DNA of 64,000 nt from Octopus vulgaris (taxonomy: Eukaryota), in NCBI GenBank assembly GCA_951406725.2, contig OX597814.1:181908001-181972000 (forward strand), written 5' to 3'. The notes beneath the pieces were generated by a model. It ran no database searches. It saw only the letters and a list, made by a program, of their open reading frames with translations, and had not been told where the DNA came from. The translations under genes were made by a program, and so were the position numbers. This document shows positions 38,666 to 51,569 of this stretch, piece by piece; position 1 is the first letter of the stretch, and each line of letters opens with the position of its first letter.

Positions 38666-40779
38666 TGAGGAGGGCTGGTAGCTAGATGTGTTTCTTAATC
38701 TCAAACTAATGTAAGCTTTAAATACTTAGCTTGGATTTTGAGGTTCTCTTACCTTTAACTTTAGTTTCCTGGATTTACCTTTCCTAATGATGAAACTACA
38801 ACTTTGCTTCATATTTCAGATTGTGATATCCCATGTTCAAACTATTAAGATCTGGCCCCTCTCACTTACCCTATAATGTCATCCTAAAAATAAATAATCA
38901 CATCATCAAAATCTCAATGTTAAGAGATAATGCATGATTGATTGAAAACAATGTTAAGAGATAGATATTACATTTGACACAGTAACCTGAAGGCTACAGG
39001 GTTATACATCTTCATGTTGTAGCAATTGTGTCTTTGTTTCAATCTCAAAAGGTGATTATAGTACCTTTTAAACCAGGTGTAGAAGTTCTCTTGAAACTGA
39101 CGTTTATGTATTCTTTTTGGGGGGTTTTCTGTATCCCAAAACACTGAGACTGCTAGGAGAATATGAGATTGGCAGGTATACAAAGTAATAGAAACTATCA
39201 GATGTGTAATATCCTTGATAGCCTACCCCTTGCCATTGATGAAGTGGTAGTTGCTGTTACATTATTTGATGTTAACTTAAGATTTGTCTTTACAGAATTA
39301 AATGAAACAATATTATATCATATATGAAGTCAGCACATTATATATATATATATATATATTAGTACAATATTGTTACATTTTATCTTTTAAGTTGATTAAA
39401 ATACCAAATACCTACCTATTTGCACAGCAGTTTTTGTATGTATGTATATAATATTTATATGTATATACATGTATTTTTCCTTATATACATATGTATATTT
39501 GTGTGTGCATGCAAATGTGCATATGCATGTATATATCCATGTGTTTGTGTATGTTTCTACATTGATGTAGCATACACAAATAATTATGGAGTTCCTTTTG
39601 CAATCAGGAGATCCTGGACCCAATCTCATCATAAATCATCTTGGATAAGTGTCTTTTATTGTAACCTTGAATCAGTCCAGGCCTCGCAAATGAAATCAGG
39701 TAGACAGTAGTCTGGCAGATGGACTGTAACTATAATTCAAAGGTCTACTTTTATTACACAATAGATTACACTGATTCTGTCCCTTATGTTAATAGTATAT
39801 GTTTCTGTTGAACAACTTACCACTCATTATAGGAGCTGATATAGATCCATTTACATTAGGGTACATGCCTCTCCAACAAAAAGAATACCTCTTTTGACTG
39901 TATTCTGTGCCATTTATTTGGTACTGGCATGGTTTTGAAGATTTACTTTACCACACTGGGCATGCAGGTTGGTATGGTTTCTTCTTTAGACACTTGAACT
40001 CTGAACACAAAGAGCCAGAACCAATACTGTAATGCATCTCACCTGACACTCTAACAATTCTCCCAGTCAACTTTCTTGGACAGTCATTCTTTTTGTTGAC
40101 TGTTTATATCCATTTATACTTGTGTGTGCATGTATGTAAGAATAAAAGGTTTTGATAATGTACAGAGTAGTGTATTAATAAACATAAAAATAAATATTTT
40201 GTTGGAAGTCTTGGAAGGTATCATTTCTTAGTTTTGTTGTACATAGATATAAAGGGTCTTTGAAAGTTCTAAGGAAATAAATTGAAATACTGCTTAAATG
40301 TTTTTATCTTTTTTTTTCCCTGGTTTTGTTGTCTAGCATTTGAATGTCCTTTCCCTGTCTCCTTTTTTATTCTAAAAAAACCTGTAAAAATATTAAAAAA
40401 ACAATCTGAAATAATACCAACTAAAGAATTTCATGATAGAGATTCATCTCAATAAATTAGAGAACATGTAAGATACAGATGTTAATATACACACAGACAA
40501 ATGTAAAGGCTGAGCATATGGGAGCCATTGACAAGATATATTCCAAGTTCAACTATAGGCCAAACCTTCAGTTCTTCCTCTTATTCATCCTTTTCTGATG
40601 TGCTTTGCTCTTGAGTTCTCTGATGTCTGGTGATTAGCTGACTTATTGTTACTATGAGTATAAGCAACTGTTCTGATTAATTTTCTGCCTTAGAAACACC
40701 TACTACTGCCAACAGATTTCTTTATGGTCTGAATCAGATGTGAAATCATTTGTGACTTTCTCTGAGTATATGCAACTAA

Positions 40780-41420
40780 GAAATGGTCACATTTGCAATA
40801 ATCTTAAAAGGTGTACACAAGGCGTCTTGGTCCCATATGCCCACATACATATATCATCATCATATATATATATATATATATATATAATTCTCCTTATGGT
40901 TCTGAAGCAATTAGTTGTAGATTTGTATAAATTCTACACCCTGCTTGGTGATTTCTGGAATCGTTAATGCACTGGAATTAGCCCTCTCCAGAAACTTAGC
41001 AATAAGAAATATTTGGTCATATAGTGCTGCTGGGAAGGTTTTCTCAACTACATCTTTTTCACCTTTAATCAATGCATTGAGAAGACCTGGTTTGTTTGTT
41101 CTACTTGTGATTTTTATTTGCAGTAATGATATCAGACCAGGTACTTGGTTTAACAACATTGATTGAATATGATAACTGCATGGTGACTTTGAAAACTTCT
41201 AACCTCTTACCAAGATATTGTTTATTAGTTTGAGCTTTACACAGGCAAACCCTAAGATCCATGCCCTTCTCCCTAGGTCAAGCTTGTCTTTATCATGTAA
41301 CTTCTCTAAAGACAGTCAATATTAAATGTTTCATGTTTCCAACTATATTAAAAATCCAACTACTTTTTTGTCTTCTGTTTCCAAACGATTGGTAGAGCTT
41401 CTCCTATATACAGGTTTGTT
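40780..41420 (-). mobile_element. Degraded Gypsy-like pol (RNase H end and integrase Zn-binding start)
   Basis: Across frames: ILGFACVKLK, QYLGK, FQSHHA (TDH-like), KPGLLNA, then DD...GHMG in the expected order. Confidence 0.5.
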
Positions 41421-43939
41421 GAGATTACTAGTTTGTGTACTTCACATAGATTGGAATGAAGATATCTACCTTCCTGAGTGTTGCTCTGAATGATCCTGAT
41501 GCCATCTTCTTTGTTATACATCAGGGCACTGTTTTCAAGAGTGTTCCACTTAGGTAACATAGAGGTAGACTCCCAAACACAAGGCAACAAAACAAAATCG
41601 ATAAAAAGATTTAAGCAACATTTCATTTCACTTCCTTTGGAAAACTTTTAAACATTTTTGTACCTGCATACAGATAAACTAAGAAATAATCTTTTGTACT
41701 CTAGACACAAGGCCCGAAATTTTGGGGGAGGGGGCCAGTCGATTAGATTGCCCCAGTACGCAACTGGCACTTCATATATTGACCCCGAAAGGATGAAAAA
41801 CAAAGTCAACCTTGGCGGAATTTGAATTCAAAATGTGAAAATAGACAAAATACTGCTAAGCACTTGGCCCGGCATGCTACCATTTCTGTTAGCTCACCGC
41901 CTTACATGAACTAAAAATGTACCACTTGAGTACTGGGGTCGCTCCTTCAAGATGTCTGGCCAATAGTAGAAGGGATTATTTATATATAAACCTTGTGTAG
42001 CAACAAAAGAAGTAGATCTCAATATCATTGAAAATAGAGGGCTAAATTTATTAAATGATGGATGTGGAACACACATTCAGGATTCAGTTTCTGGGCAACA
42101 ACTCAGTGAACAGCACTACATCAGCATGCATTCAGCTGGCAATAGCCAATGAAGTGTAGCATTCACCAAGTTGTTCAGAAACTCAGAAGCCTGAATATAA
42201 GTGTTCCATACCTGTGTCATTTAAAAAATATATATTCACACATATCTGGTTTTATATATCTTCTTTTCATTTCATTATCCCCCTATGAATATACTGATAT
42301 ATTAAAATTGTCCCATTATGAGTGGGGATTTTATAAACAACAAAACATGTATATGGCCTTCCTCATTCTAAACAGTTGAAACAATATTACTGTCCATTGT
42401 CAAATGAAATATCATTTTCATATACATCTGCTTTTATGTGTATATATAAATTAGTTTTTTTTATCCTACGATATATTGTTGGAACAACTGGGAGTGAACA
42501 TGAAACTGAAAAGATTTTTTTAAAGATATTAATGAAGAATATGACATGAAAATAATATTGCTATTTTTAGAGATTTCTATTCATTGATCCTAAGTTATAT
42601 AATCCTATACTGATCCTACATGAAACAATAAAATATTGGCCTTATAACTTACTTTTTATTTTTACTTTATTTTCATTTCAAAGTGAGTTTCACTTATATG
42701 GTTGCACTTTGTAGAGACACAATAACTGTTCATAGTTAAATTAGTGTTTCTAGCTCTGAAGGGGAAACCTAGGCTTTGATAAGTAGTTACAGTTTACTTG
42801 TAACACTGAAAGGTCATCAGAGATTGAAGTCTAGTATTTGTGGTGGCTTTATGATTAATTAAATCGTGTTGTATTAAGCTGCACAAATGAATTTGCTGAC
42901 ATTGTGTAGCTGTTGTGTGTCCCTGATATAAAGGTTATTTGATTTTATAAAGGGAACCCATGCCTGTGTGGAAAACTAATGTTAAAGAATGATGATGATG
43001 AGTAAATGGTAAAGTGATGAATGTGATGCTTAGGTTTGTTTCAATTCAGGTAGAATCTTTCTGCATAGAATATTCTTCTACAAGCAATTATTTCTGAATG
43101 ATTTATTAATACTTTTTCATATCAAGATAATTCTAAGTTAGGTAGATATATATATAATTTGAGATGAGGGGCCTTTGTTCTTTTGATAAATCTACCACAT
43201 TAACAAAATTAAGTACTGAAATCAACTTTATTGACCACATTCTTGTGGTCATGCCCCAGAATGGCTTGGCTGCAGTCCATTGGCCAAAACAATTTTATAT
43301 TATGTGTTAAACATTGTAGTACAATCTTAAATTGTGACTCGGTGAATGTCTAATTTTAGTATTTATTTGAGGCTTATGAGCGTATATAAGTTCCTTCATT
43401 TTTCTATCACTCCTCTTAATCTGTTTGTAATTTTTAGAATGCCTGATTTGAAAAATCCCTGGATTTTGAATTAAATATATATATTTAACTAATTTTCTAT
43501 ATCTTACTTTCTGGCCATACTTTGTATAAATGATTTTGCAAAGATCTAAATAACTGGAGGTCCTTTGTTGTATGGGAACACTTTATGAAATGGTTATGCA
43601 TCAATGAATGCTACCAATATTTTTAGATTTGACGAAAAACAGGTTTCAACAGGTGCAAACTCCTAATCAGACAGAGCTTTCTATAAAACTTGACACTGAT
43701 TAATTGAGATTATCTACACAATTACTAAACAGAAACTCCCTTCAGGGAGTGATATTCAAAATCTAGTTATAAGCAAGATAGACCCAACAAGCTCAATTAA
43801 TTGGAATTTTTGGAAAATAGTAACAGAGCAGATGGGAGTGGATCTAGTCTTTAAAGGCAATAGGTAAAAGCAAGGGACAGGTTTCAGTCTTATTAAATCA
43901 TTCTGTTCAGTTGGCAAGACTAAAAGTACTCCCATATAG

Positions 43940-46030
43940 ATGGAGACATGGCTGTGTAGTAAGAAGTTTGCTTCCCAACTACATGGTTCCAGGTTCAGTC
44001 CCATTCGTGGTACCTACAGCAAGTGTCTTCTACTTATGAGTGGATTTGGTAGACGGAAACTGAAAGAAGCCCATAAAATATATGTATTTGTGTTTATATA
44101 TATGTATGGATGGATGTATATACAAATTTACAGTTAACAAAAATCTGGATGTGTGGTGTTCAGTTACTCAAATGATACAAAACATACACATAGGACAAAC
44201 ACAAAAGGGCCTTAATTCTTCATCAGTTATTGGCCAAAATACTAATACCCAGTTTCATGCCTTTAATAAGACTGAGAACTTCGTGTATCGGTGGCATCTG
44301 CAAAACTTGCAGAGAATGAGGGCTCAAGTAAACAAAACAATACAGGATGGACATATGAAAGCAAACAAATGTAATTTGAAACAATAGAAAAAGATGGAAT
44401 AAATACAGCCTTTTGGTCAAACACGAATATGGTGGCTTTGTGGTGTGAAACCTTGGGTTACTCAATATAAACTTTTGTTGTAATAATTACTGCTCTATTT
44501 TTTAGAGTATGCTTTTTTCTGATATATGTTTTTTTTTATTAACCAACTATATGTGTGTGTGTGTGTGTATGTATGTATATATATATATATATATATATGT
44601 AGGGTAATTCCATAAATAATGTGGTTTTTTATACTTTTATTTTTCAAAATTAAGATAAAGTTCTTTTTTAATCTGATATATTCTCTTCATTTTCTACAAA
44701 TAGTCTTCCATCTATCTGGTGGACTTGCAAGGTCCCTCTTCCAAAATTCACTTGTCTGTGACAAAAAATACCCCTCCACTACTGTTCTGACTTCATCTAC
44801 ACAATTCATATTTTCTCTGTCCAAATGATTTTGAAGACTGCAGAATAAATGATAATCAGATGAGGCAATGTCTGGCGAATATGATGGGTGGGGCATCGTT
44901 TCCTATTCAAACTGCTCCAGTCTTTGGAATGTCATCCTCACTGTATGTGGCTGAGCATTATCCTAATGGAAGAACACCTTACGTCTTGAAACCAAAGATG
45001 ATCGTTTTTCTTCTAGTGCTAACTTATGCCACTCCAGCTGCTTGCAGTAGACTTCCTTTGTTATCGTTTGATTTGGGTTTAAAAGTTCAAAGTGGACTAA
45101 ACCTTTCATATCCTACCGAACAGATAACACTTTATGTGGGTGAAGACCTTCTTTAGCCTGGGGTGCTGGTGTTTCTCCTTTCCCTACCCACTGTCTTTGG
45201 GGCTTGGCATTTTTATAGAGAACCCATTTCTCGTCACCAGTTACTATTCAGTCCAAAAAAGGTTAATTTGTGAGACGTTACAGCAAAGAAGAGCACACAT
45301 TCACTCTCTGAGCAAGATTAGACTCGGAAAGTTTGTGAGGAACCCATTGACCCAATTTGCCAACTTTTCTGATGGCATGCAGGTGTCAATGAAAGGCTGA
45401 ATGACTAAATCTAAGATTCTCTGCTAGTTCCTCAACAGTTATGATGGGATTTTGTTCCACCAGGGTTTGCAGGATGTCCTCGTTGAGCTCCAGGATGAGG
45501 TTCGTCTTCTAGTCTGTAGTTTCTGGCTTGGAATTTCTGGAACTATCGTTGACACTGGCTTACACTTATTGTCCGATCCCTATACACTGCATTAATATTC
45601 CTTGCACTTTCGGCTACGTTGTTGTCTTTATTGAACTCATAAAGCAAAATATGTCAAATATACTCTTTTGTCACTTTCATTATAGCTTCGTAAAAATAAC
45701 TGTTAAAATCGAATAGCACTCTTCAAAATTTGCAATAAAATCAAGGTAAAATTACTACCTGCTTTTATATCAAGTTGATGCAGGTAGTTTATCCCGTCCC
45801 CTTCCTACTTTTAGTTCATGCAATTGAAAAAACCGAATTATTTATGGGATGACCCAATATACATGTGCGTGTCTTCATGTCTATGTTTGTCTTCCTACCA
45901 TCGTTTGACAACTGATGTTGATGTGTTAAAGTCTGTTCGGCATAAACACCGATAGAATAGAATAAGTACTAGGCTTACAAGGAATAAACCCCGGGGTTGA
46001 TTTCTTCGACTAAAAGAATAAACGAATAGG
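43940..46030 (+). mobile_element. Family-A SINE split by nested insertions (head 43940-44075, tail 45862-46030)
   Basis: The two halves of the consensus flank a mariner and a ~450-bp insert at the central (TA/TG)n tract. Confidence 0.6.
44600..45857 (-). mobile_element. Near full-length, defective mariner transposon
   Basis: HPSYSPDIASSDYHLF motif; imperfect ~30-bp TIRs (gggtaattccataaataat / attatttatgggatgaccc); TA flank on the right; ~1.26 kb. Confidence 0.92.
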
Positions 46031-46288
46031 AGGAACATACTGATGCTTGTTATGAATATCTGCAATACAGCCGAGTTTAAAATACCTCAAGAGAGCGTTC
46101 GTCATGGTAAATACAACTATGGTAGCAGCTAACCGATGTAAATTTCGTTGAATAGAAATTGTCGGTGCAGGTAAGTTTAGTGAAAATCTCATGACGGAAT
46201 TTGTATTGTTTGCTGTCATCGTCTTATACCCACTGCAGTGATTAATTCTGTCCATTCAAGGTGTCTTTACTCGTTATATAACTACTTG

Positions 46289-47045
46289 TAATAATAATGA
46301 AATTATTGTATACAGTGTTCAGGTGCACCACAACTTGTCACAAAGTGCGTATAAAGCATATGCAGTAATGTACAAATGTCTGGAAAGCGAACAGTGTATG
46401 AATCAGATACATGCTTGCGGGTGTATGGAGGGGATAAAATCAGGTGTAGTGTTGGCGAATCTCAGAAAGCATGGAAGTTTTGAAGGATGCAGTGCTCCAA
46501 CAACTAACAACTGATGCCGACAGTTTGTTCCATGCATCAGCAACTCTTAGCGTGAAAAAATGTTTCCGAAAGTCATGGGAGCTGTGCTGTTTTCTGACTT
46601 TGTAAACATGTCCACGGGTGTTAGACAGGTGAAGTTTGAAAAGGTGCTCAGAGTAAGATGGTTAATAATTTTATGGGCGTCTGCCAAGTCAGCTGCCAGA
46701 CGTCGGAGTTTCAATGTGTCCATGCCCAGGGAAGTAAGGCGTTCAGAATATGGCAAATGCTTAATGGAGGGTATTCTCTTGGTTGCACGTCGCTGAACGG
46801 CTTCCAAACGATTAATATCCTGGGCAAGATAGGGGTTCCTGACCGGTGAGGTCATACCATAGCTATATAAAGCTGCAGATAGATAGCCGGAGAGCGGCTC
46901 AGAAAGGACTTGGTGAGTGATGCCAAGACACCCTCAGCCTTTTTGGCAATTTTAGCGATGTGTTTTGTCCAACGCAAATCGCTGTCGACAATAACGCCCA
47001 GGTCACGTTCACACGAAGACTTTTTGAGATTAGTGTTGTATGAAT
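46289..47045 (-). mobile_element. CR1/L2-group LINE, 5'-truncated, with (ATT)n tail
   Basis: ERDLGVIVDSDL; LEAVQRRATKRIP...PYSERL..LGMDTLKLRRL. Confidence 0.9.
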
Positions 47046-47139
47046 GACACTTAAATGACATCTCTTAAATTTTACCAGGTCGGGTCTTTTAGATTATAAA
47101 ATTTCTTTTTCGGTTCCAACCTAAAAAAACTCCATCATT

Positions 47140-47348
47140 TTAAGCAATCTACGCCATTGTCTAATGTATTCTTTTTAAAGATGGTCAGGTGTGGATTCAT
47201 GGAGATTTGACTACTATTTCTAGCAGACCTAGCAACTACGTGCTCTCTAGTTGGCTCGTTCTTTACAGTGAAGACATTCGTGTCATCGACTTCCGGTCTA
47301 CTGTCATAGCAACGAGGGTTCAGAGGTTTGATACAAAGAAACTCGAAC
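47140..47348 (+). promoter_or_regulatory. Putative promoter of the WD40 gene
   Basis: Local CpG enrichment; CGCCATT (YY1-like) at 47152; TAGCAAC X-box half-sites in 47224-47236 and 47300-47313; CTTCCGG (ETS) at 47290. Confidence 0.5.
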
Positions 47349-47450
47349 ATGGAACTCGTTGTCGGCGATCTCGAAGCGATACGTCGGACTAGGATCCTAA
47401 ATGAACAGTATTCAAGAGTTGCTCCACAAGATAAACCATTAAATACTCAG
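47349..47450 (+). CDS. WD40 gene (WDR88-like), predicted coding exon 1 (MELVVGDLEAIRRTRILNEQYSRVAPQDKPLNTQ)
   Basis: ATG in a CpG-rich unique island; donor CAG|gtcaga, phase 0; joining to 58311 gives QDKPLNTQ-INSRIIKGH, similar to the WDR88 pre-WD1 segment as I recall it. Confidence 0.6.
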
Positions 47451-47521
47451 GTCAGATTATAGATACTGTTACTTGCTTGAGTTTCATAGAATCAAGATTT
47501 TGAGACATTATTAGTTTAGTA

Positions 47522-47759
47522 CAGGCATACCTCAACTTATGTCGGTAATTGGTTCCATGATCCATGACCTGCGACTTAACTATAAAAAAAACTCAATAAA
47601 TGATATAAAGTATGTTCACTGAAACGTTAAAGTCGGATAAATGGACGGTATCGACTGGTTAAAGTTTATTTTCCCAGTAGTTTCTTAAAAAAAAAAAAAA
47701 AATACTTGTTCTTTCGATAACCTACGTAACTGGAAACGACGTAAGATGAGGTATGCTTG
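47522..47759. mobile_element. Tigger/pogo-like MITE
   Basis: TA|CAGGCATACCTCA ... TGAGGTATGCTTG|TA. Confidence 0.8.
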
Positions 47760-47781
47760 TAATATAATTTTATAGATTAAG

Positions 47782-49390
47782 GGCGCACATGGCAGAGATG
47801 TAAACGGAACCCTCTCCCACTTAAATTTTTTTTTTACGGAATCCCACGTTTTAGACTATAGAGATTCTGAAAAAAATTTTTCAAAAATTCACCCCCCCCC
47901 CCCCTTCATTTTTCGTTTTTTCCGGGTTTTTATTTTTTGTGAAATACGTAGAAAATTGCAGAAATTGAAGAAAAAACAACAAATATCTTACAAACTATAG
48001 AATTTTCTCAATAAAGCCAAGAGAGAAAGATGTTTTATAAAACACATTCTACGAGTATACGAAGTTTAAAAGTGTTTAGTTACGTGGAAATTATTTTAAA
48101 AACTGCCGTTCAAACCGAAAAGATACTAGACAAATACGGAGATTATGATTCTGAAAAAAAAAATTGTAACATTTCAATTTTTCAAAAACAAATTACCCGC
48201 TTCCTTGGCCTTCAAGCAGGCTATCCACATGCTAGAAATAACAGCCAAATCTCACAAAACTGCGATAACATAATGAAGAAATATGTAATCAATCTACTTA
48301 CCTTTCTGCAAAAATTTCTTTCAGAATAATTTCCCGCAGTAACATGACAAAGGGAGGGAGGATATGAAAACGCAGAGAGGATGATAGGCCATCAAACGTG
48401 GGTTGTCGGGTCGGCGCTTGCACAAACCACATTGAGGCCTATTTGTCCCGAATCAAAAGACGGTTGAAGTATGTCCACTGGATGATCGGGCGATATGAAA
48501 TGGTCTCGTATCGACGAATATATGTATCAAGAAACGTATGGGTTTACGGCGAAGAAAAGTTTCCAGAATTTCTACACTTTTCTCAAACATTGCCGAAGTT
48601 TATCCCCGCTAAATTCCACCGGCGTACATGGCGGAGGTTTCAGTTGTAAAAAAAAGAAAGAAAAAATTTTAATTTCACTTTGTCACTTTGCTGTTTTTAC
48701 TTTTCTTTTTTACATATGGGCTTGCGGGAACTCTTGAAGTAATGAGAGCGAAAGAGACTAAGAGAAAGCGATTGTATGACGAGGGAAGTTCTTTTGAAGT
48801 TACCGTGCATGGGAAGCATTGATGTACATGTGTGTGTGTTTGATGGGGTGTGCACGGTAACTTGAAAAGAACTTCCCTCGTCATACAATCGCTTTCTCTT
48901 AGTCTCTTTCGCTCTCATTACTTCAAAAGTTCCCGCAAGCCCATATGTAAAAAAAAAAAAAATTTTTTTTACGGAAATCGACGGAAAGGTCTACTAGAGA
49001 CGAAAGATCGCCATGTTTGCTGTTATTTCTGCATTCATTTTTTGTAACTTTCAAAAAAAAAAAAAAAAAAAAAAAAAAATGAACACACGGTTCCACTTTA
49101 ATTTCACTTTGTCATATTACTGCGGGAAATTACTCTGAAAGAAATCTTTGCAGAAAGGTGAGTAGATTACATACTTCTTTCATTATGTTATCGCAGTTTT
49201 GTGAGATATGGCTGTTATTTCGGTAAATTTTACCATATTTTTTAATGAAAAATTAAAATTTTACAAGCAATTTTTTTTTTCAGAATCATAAACTCTGTAC
49301 TTCGTTGTCTTTAATCTACCTTGTAATGACACTCCTTTTACTGTTTGGTGATAACTTGTTACGGTTCCACACCTCTTCGCATGTCCCCAT
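47782..49390 (+). mobile_element. Merlin (IS1595/ISXO2-like) transposon relic with nested inverted repeats
   Basis: GACTNHIEAYLSRIKRRLK, then frameshifted WSRIDEYMY at 48410-48530; inverted arms ~48141-48352 / 49106-49295; outer limits uncertain. Confidence 0.6.
48706..48954. repeat. Near-perfect 104-bp inverted repeat with 41-bp spacer
   Basis: 48706-48809 pairs with 48851-48954; 2 mismatches counted by eye. Confidence 0.95.
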
Positions 49391-49799
49391 TTTAGTGTAA
49401 TGCCTGGTTACCTGTCTCCCTATTTTACTTTGTCTGTCTCTCTTTCACTCACTCACACACCCTTCAAACTTCAGTCATTGCTGCCTAAAGATATTTCATT
49501 TCCGAGCCTGTGGTCGCTCGACTTGCTAGAAATATCGGCCGAATCACATTCTAGAGCGCCAAATCCCGTAATATCTTTGGATGCACCTGTTTTAAGCATC
49601 GCAGATTACGTTTCTGGGGGAGAAAAAAGAGGGGAGGTGAAAGAACACATTGGATTGTGTAATTTTAGATACTCTGTATTTGGAAAAAAAACCCCCAAAA
49701 AACATAGTAATACGTTTCTCAATTCCAACGAACTTACCCAAATTCTTGAATGTTATTAAGTGATTATTTTGCCAATGTAGACCTTTCGTTTATCTGTAA

Positions 49800-50091
49800 C
49801 TAGCAGTATCGCCTGGCGTTGCTCGGGTTTGTAAGGGAAATAACTATATAAGCATTTTAGAGAGTTACCTCCCTTATATAATAGCAAAAAAAAGTGCATT
49901 AAAAATGGGAAAAAATGATGGTAATTTTTTTTTTAAATCGTAGACTCATCGTAGACGCGCGCTAATACCCAGAAGGGCTCGATATGAATCACGACTATAA
50001 GATACCCGCTTTTGGTTAAACTGCACCGCAAAATGTGGGAGTAGTTAGGAATCTAAATCGTAGGAGACAGACACACAACTTCACTTTTATA
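49800..50091 (-). mobile_element. Non-autonomous Helitron-like element
   Basis: CTAG terminus at 49800-49803 next to a GC hairpin (cctggcgttgctcggg); acagacacac/tttatata at the other end. Confidence 0.65.
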
Positions 50092-50295
50092 TATCTGTAA
50101 TATAGTTTTTTTTTGTTTTTATTGCCCAGAAGAAAGACTTTTCAAATTGTAAAAGTACCATTAACTAGATACAGCTGTAATGTCTTCAGTTATAATTCTA
50201 TACACATGTAAGATGCATTTTTAGATGTTCAAAGTCATCTCAAAGAAAACCGGTAGTAGTTCGTACTTAGAAAAAAAAAAAAAATTGACATACCT

Positions 50296-50666
50296 CAGGA
50301 GTGGCTGTGTGGTAAGTAGCTTGCTTACTAACCACATGGTTCCAGGTTCATTCCCACTGCGTAGCACCTTGGGCAAGCGTCTTCTACTATATCCTTGTGC
50401 CAACCAAAGCCTTGTGAGTGGATTTGGTAGACGGAAACTGAAAGAGGCCCATCGTATATATGTATATGTTTGTGTGTCTGTTTGTCCCCCCAACATCGCT
50501 TGACAACCGATGGTGGTGTGTTTACGTCCTTGTAACTTAGCGGTTTGGTAAAAAAAAGATAGAATAAGTATTAGGCTTGCAAAGAATAAGTCCTGGGGTT
50601 AATTTACTCGACTAAAGGTGGTGCTCCAGCATGGCCATAGTCAAATGACTGAAACAAGTAAAAGAG
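50296..50666 (+). mobile_element. tRNA-derived SINE (family A), full length
   Basis: ggagtggctgtgtggtaagtagc...ggttcattccc...gtcaaatgactgaaacaagtaaaagag. Confidence 0.9.
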
Positions 50667-51020
50667 TATACCTACACAAACGTGCCTCCCTTCTTTTTTC
50701 CTCAAAAGTTTAAAAATTAAGGATATTTTTAAATAAAATTTTTCCATAAATATGCTTTAGAGATTATATCGATGGTTGGGACAGGAGTTTCGAAAAATTC
50801 CCACACACAAGTTGGCTTTGCTTCCTCATAAATTACAGAAAAATGTTTTGTTTTTTTTGTTTAGTTTTCTACAAATACCTTTCAGACTGTAGATCAAGGA
50901 TCACCAAACTTTTTTCACTGCAGGCCAGATAACTGAGAGAATGGCAAGCACAGGCAACATTAATATTTTTTTTCAATACAATATAGTGAATACAAAAAAT
51001 AAATACTTCCAACATATTTA

Positions 51021-51348
51021 GGCGTAGGAGTGGCTATGTGGTAAGTAGCTTGTTTACCAACCGCATGGTTCCGGGTTCAGTCCCATTGCGTGGCACCTTG
51101 GGCAAATGTCTTCTACTATAGCCTTGGGTCGACCAAAGCCTTGTGAATGGATTTGGTTGACGGAAACTGAAAGAAGCCCGTCGTATATATGTATGTGTTT
51201 GTGTGTCTGTGTTTGTCCCCCCAACTTCGCTTGACAACCGATGCTGGTGTGTTTACGTCGCCGTAACTTAGCGGTTCGGCAAAAGAGATCAATAGAAAAA
51301 GTACTAAGCTTACAAAGAATAAGTCCTGGGGTCGATTTGCTCGACTAA
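51021..51348 (+). mobile_element. tRNA-derived SINE (family A), 3'-truncated
   Basis: Close match to the 50296 copy. Confidence 0.9.
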
Positions 51349-51569
51349 ATATTTGCTTAGGAATTGCTTCAACCAACCAAGAGAATTGTTTTCAGATGTT
51401 CATCAGTCAACCTTGTTCGATGTACTGACTCCACATACTTAATTTTTGAAAATGTTTGCTCACAGACGTAACACTGAAAAAAAAAGCAATTTCCTCATCC
51501 TATTTGTGCTTCAAACAATGAAAGCTTTCTCTGAGAAAATCTTTGCAGGTGTCCAGGTCTTCAGAACAC

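Noticed and set aside
40911-41626. Novel minus-strand host gene from two ORFs
   Set aside because: Frames are broken and motif order fits a degraded LTR pol better
44130-44240. Other CTGATGA hammerhead cores (minus strand here; also ~22991, ~51400, ~58152)
   Set aside because: No convincing stem II plus GAAA plus stems I/III by eye
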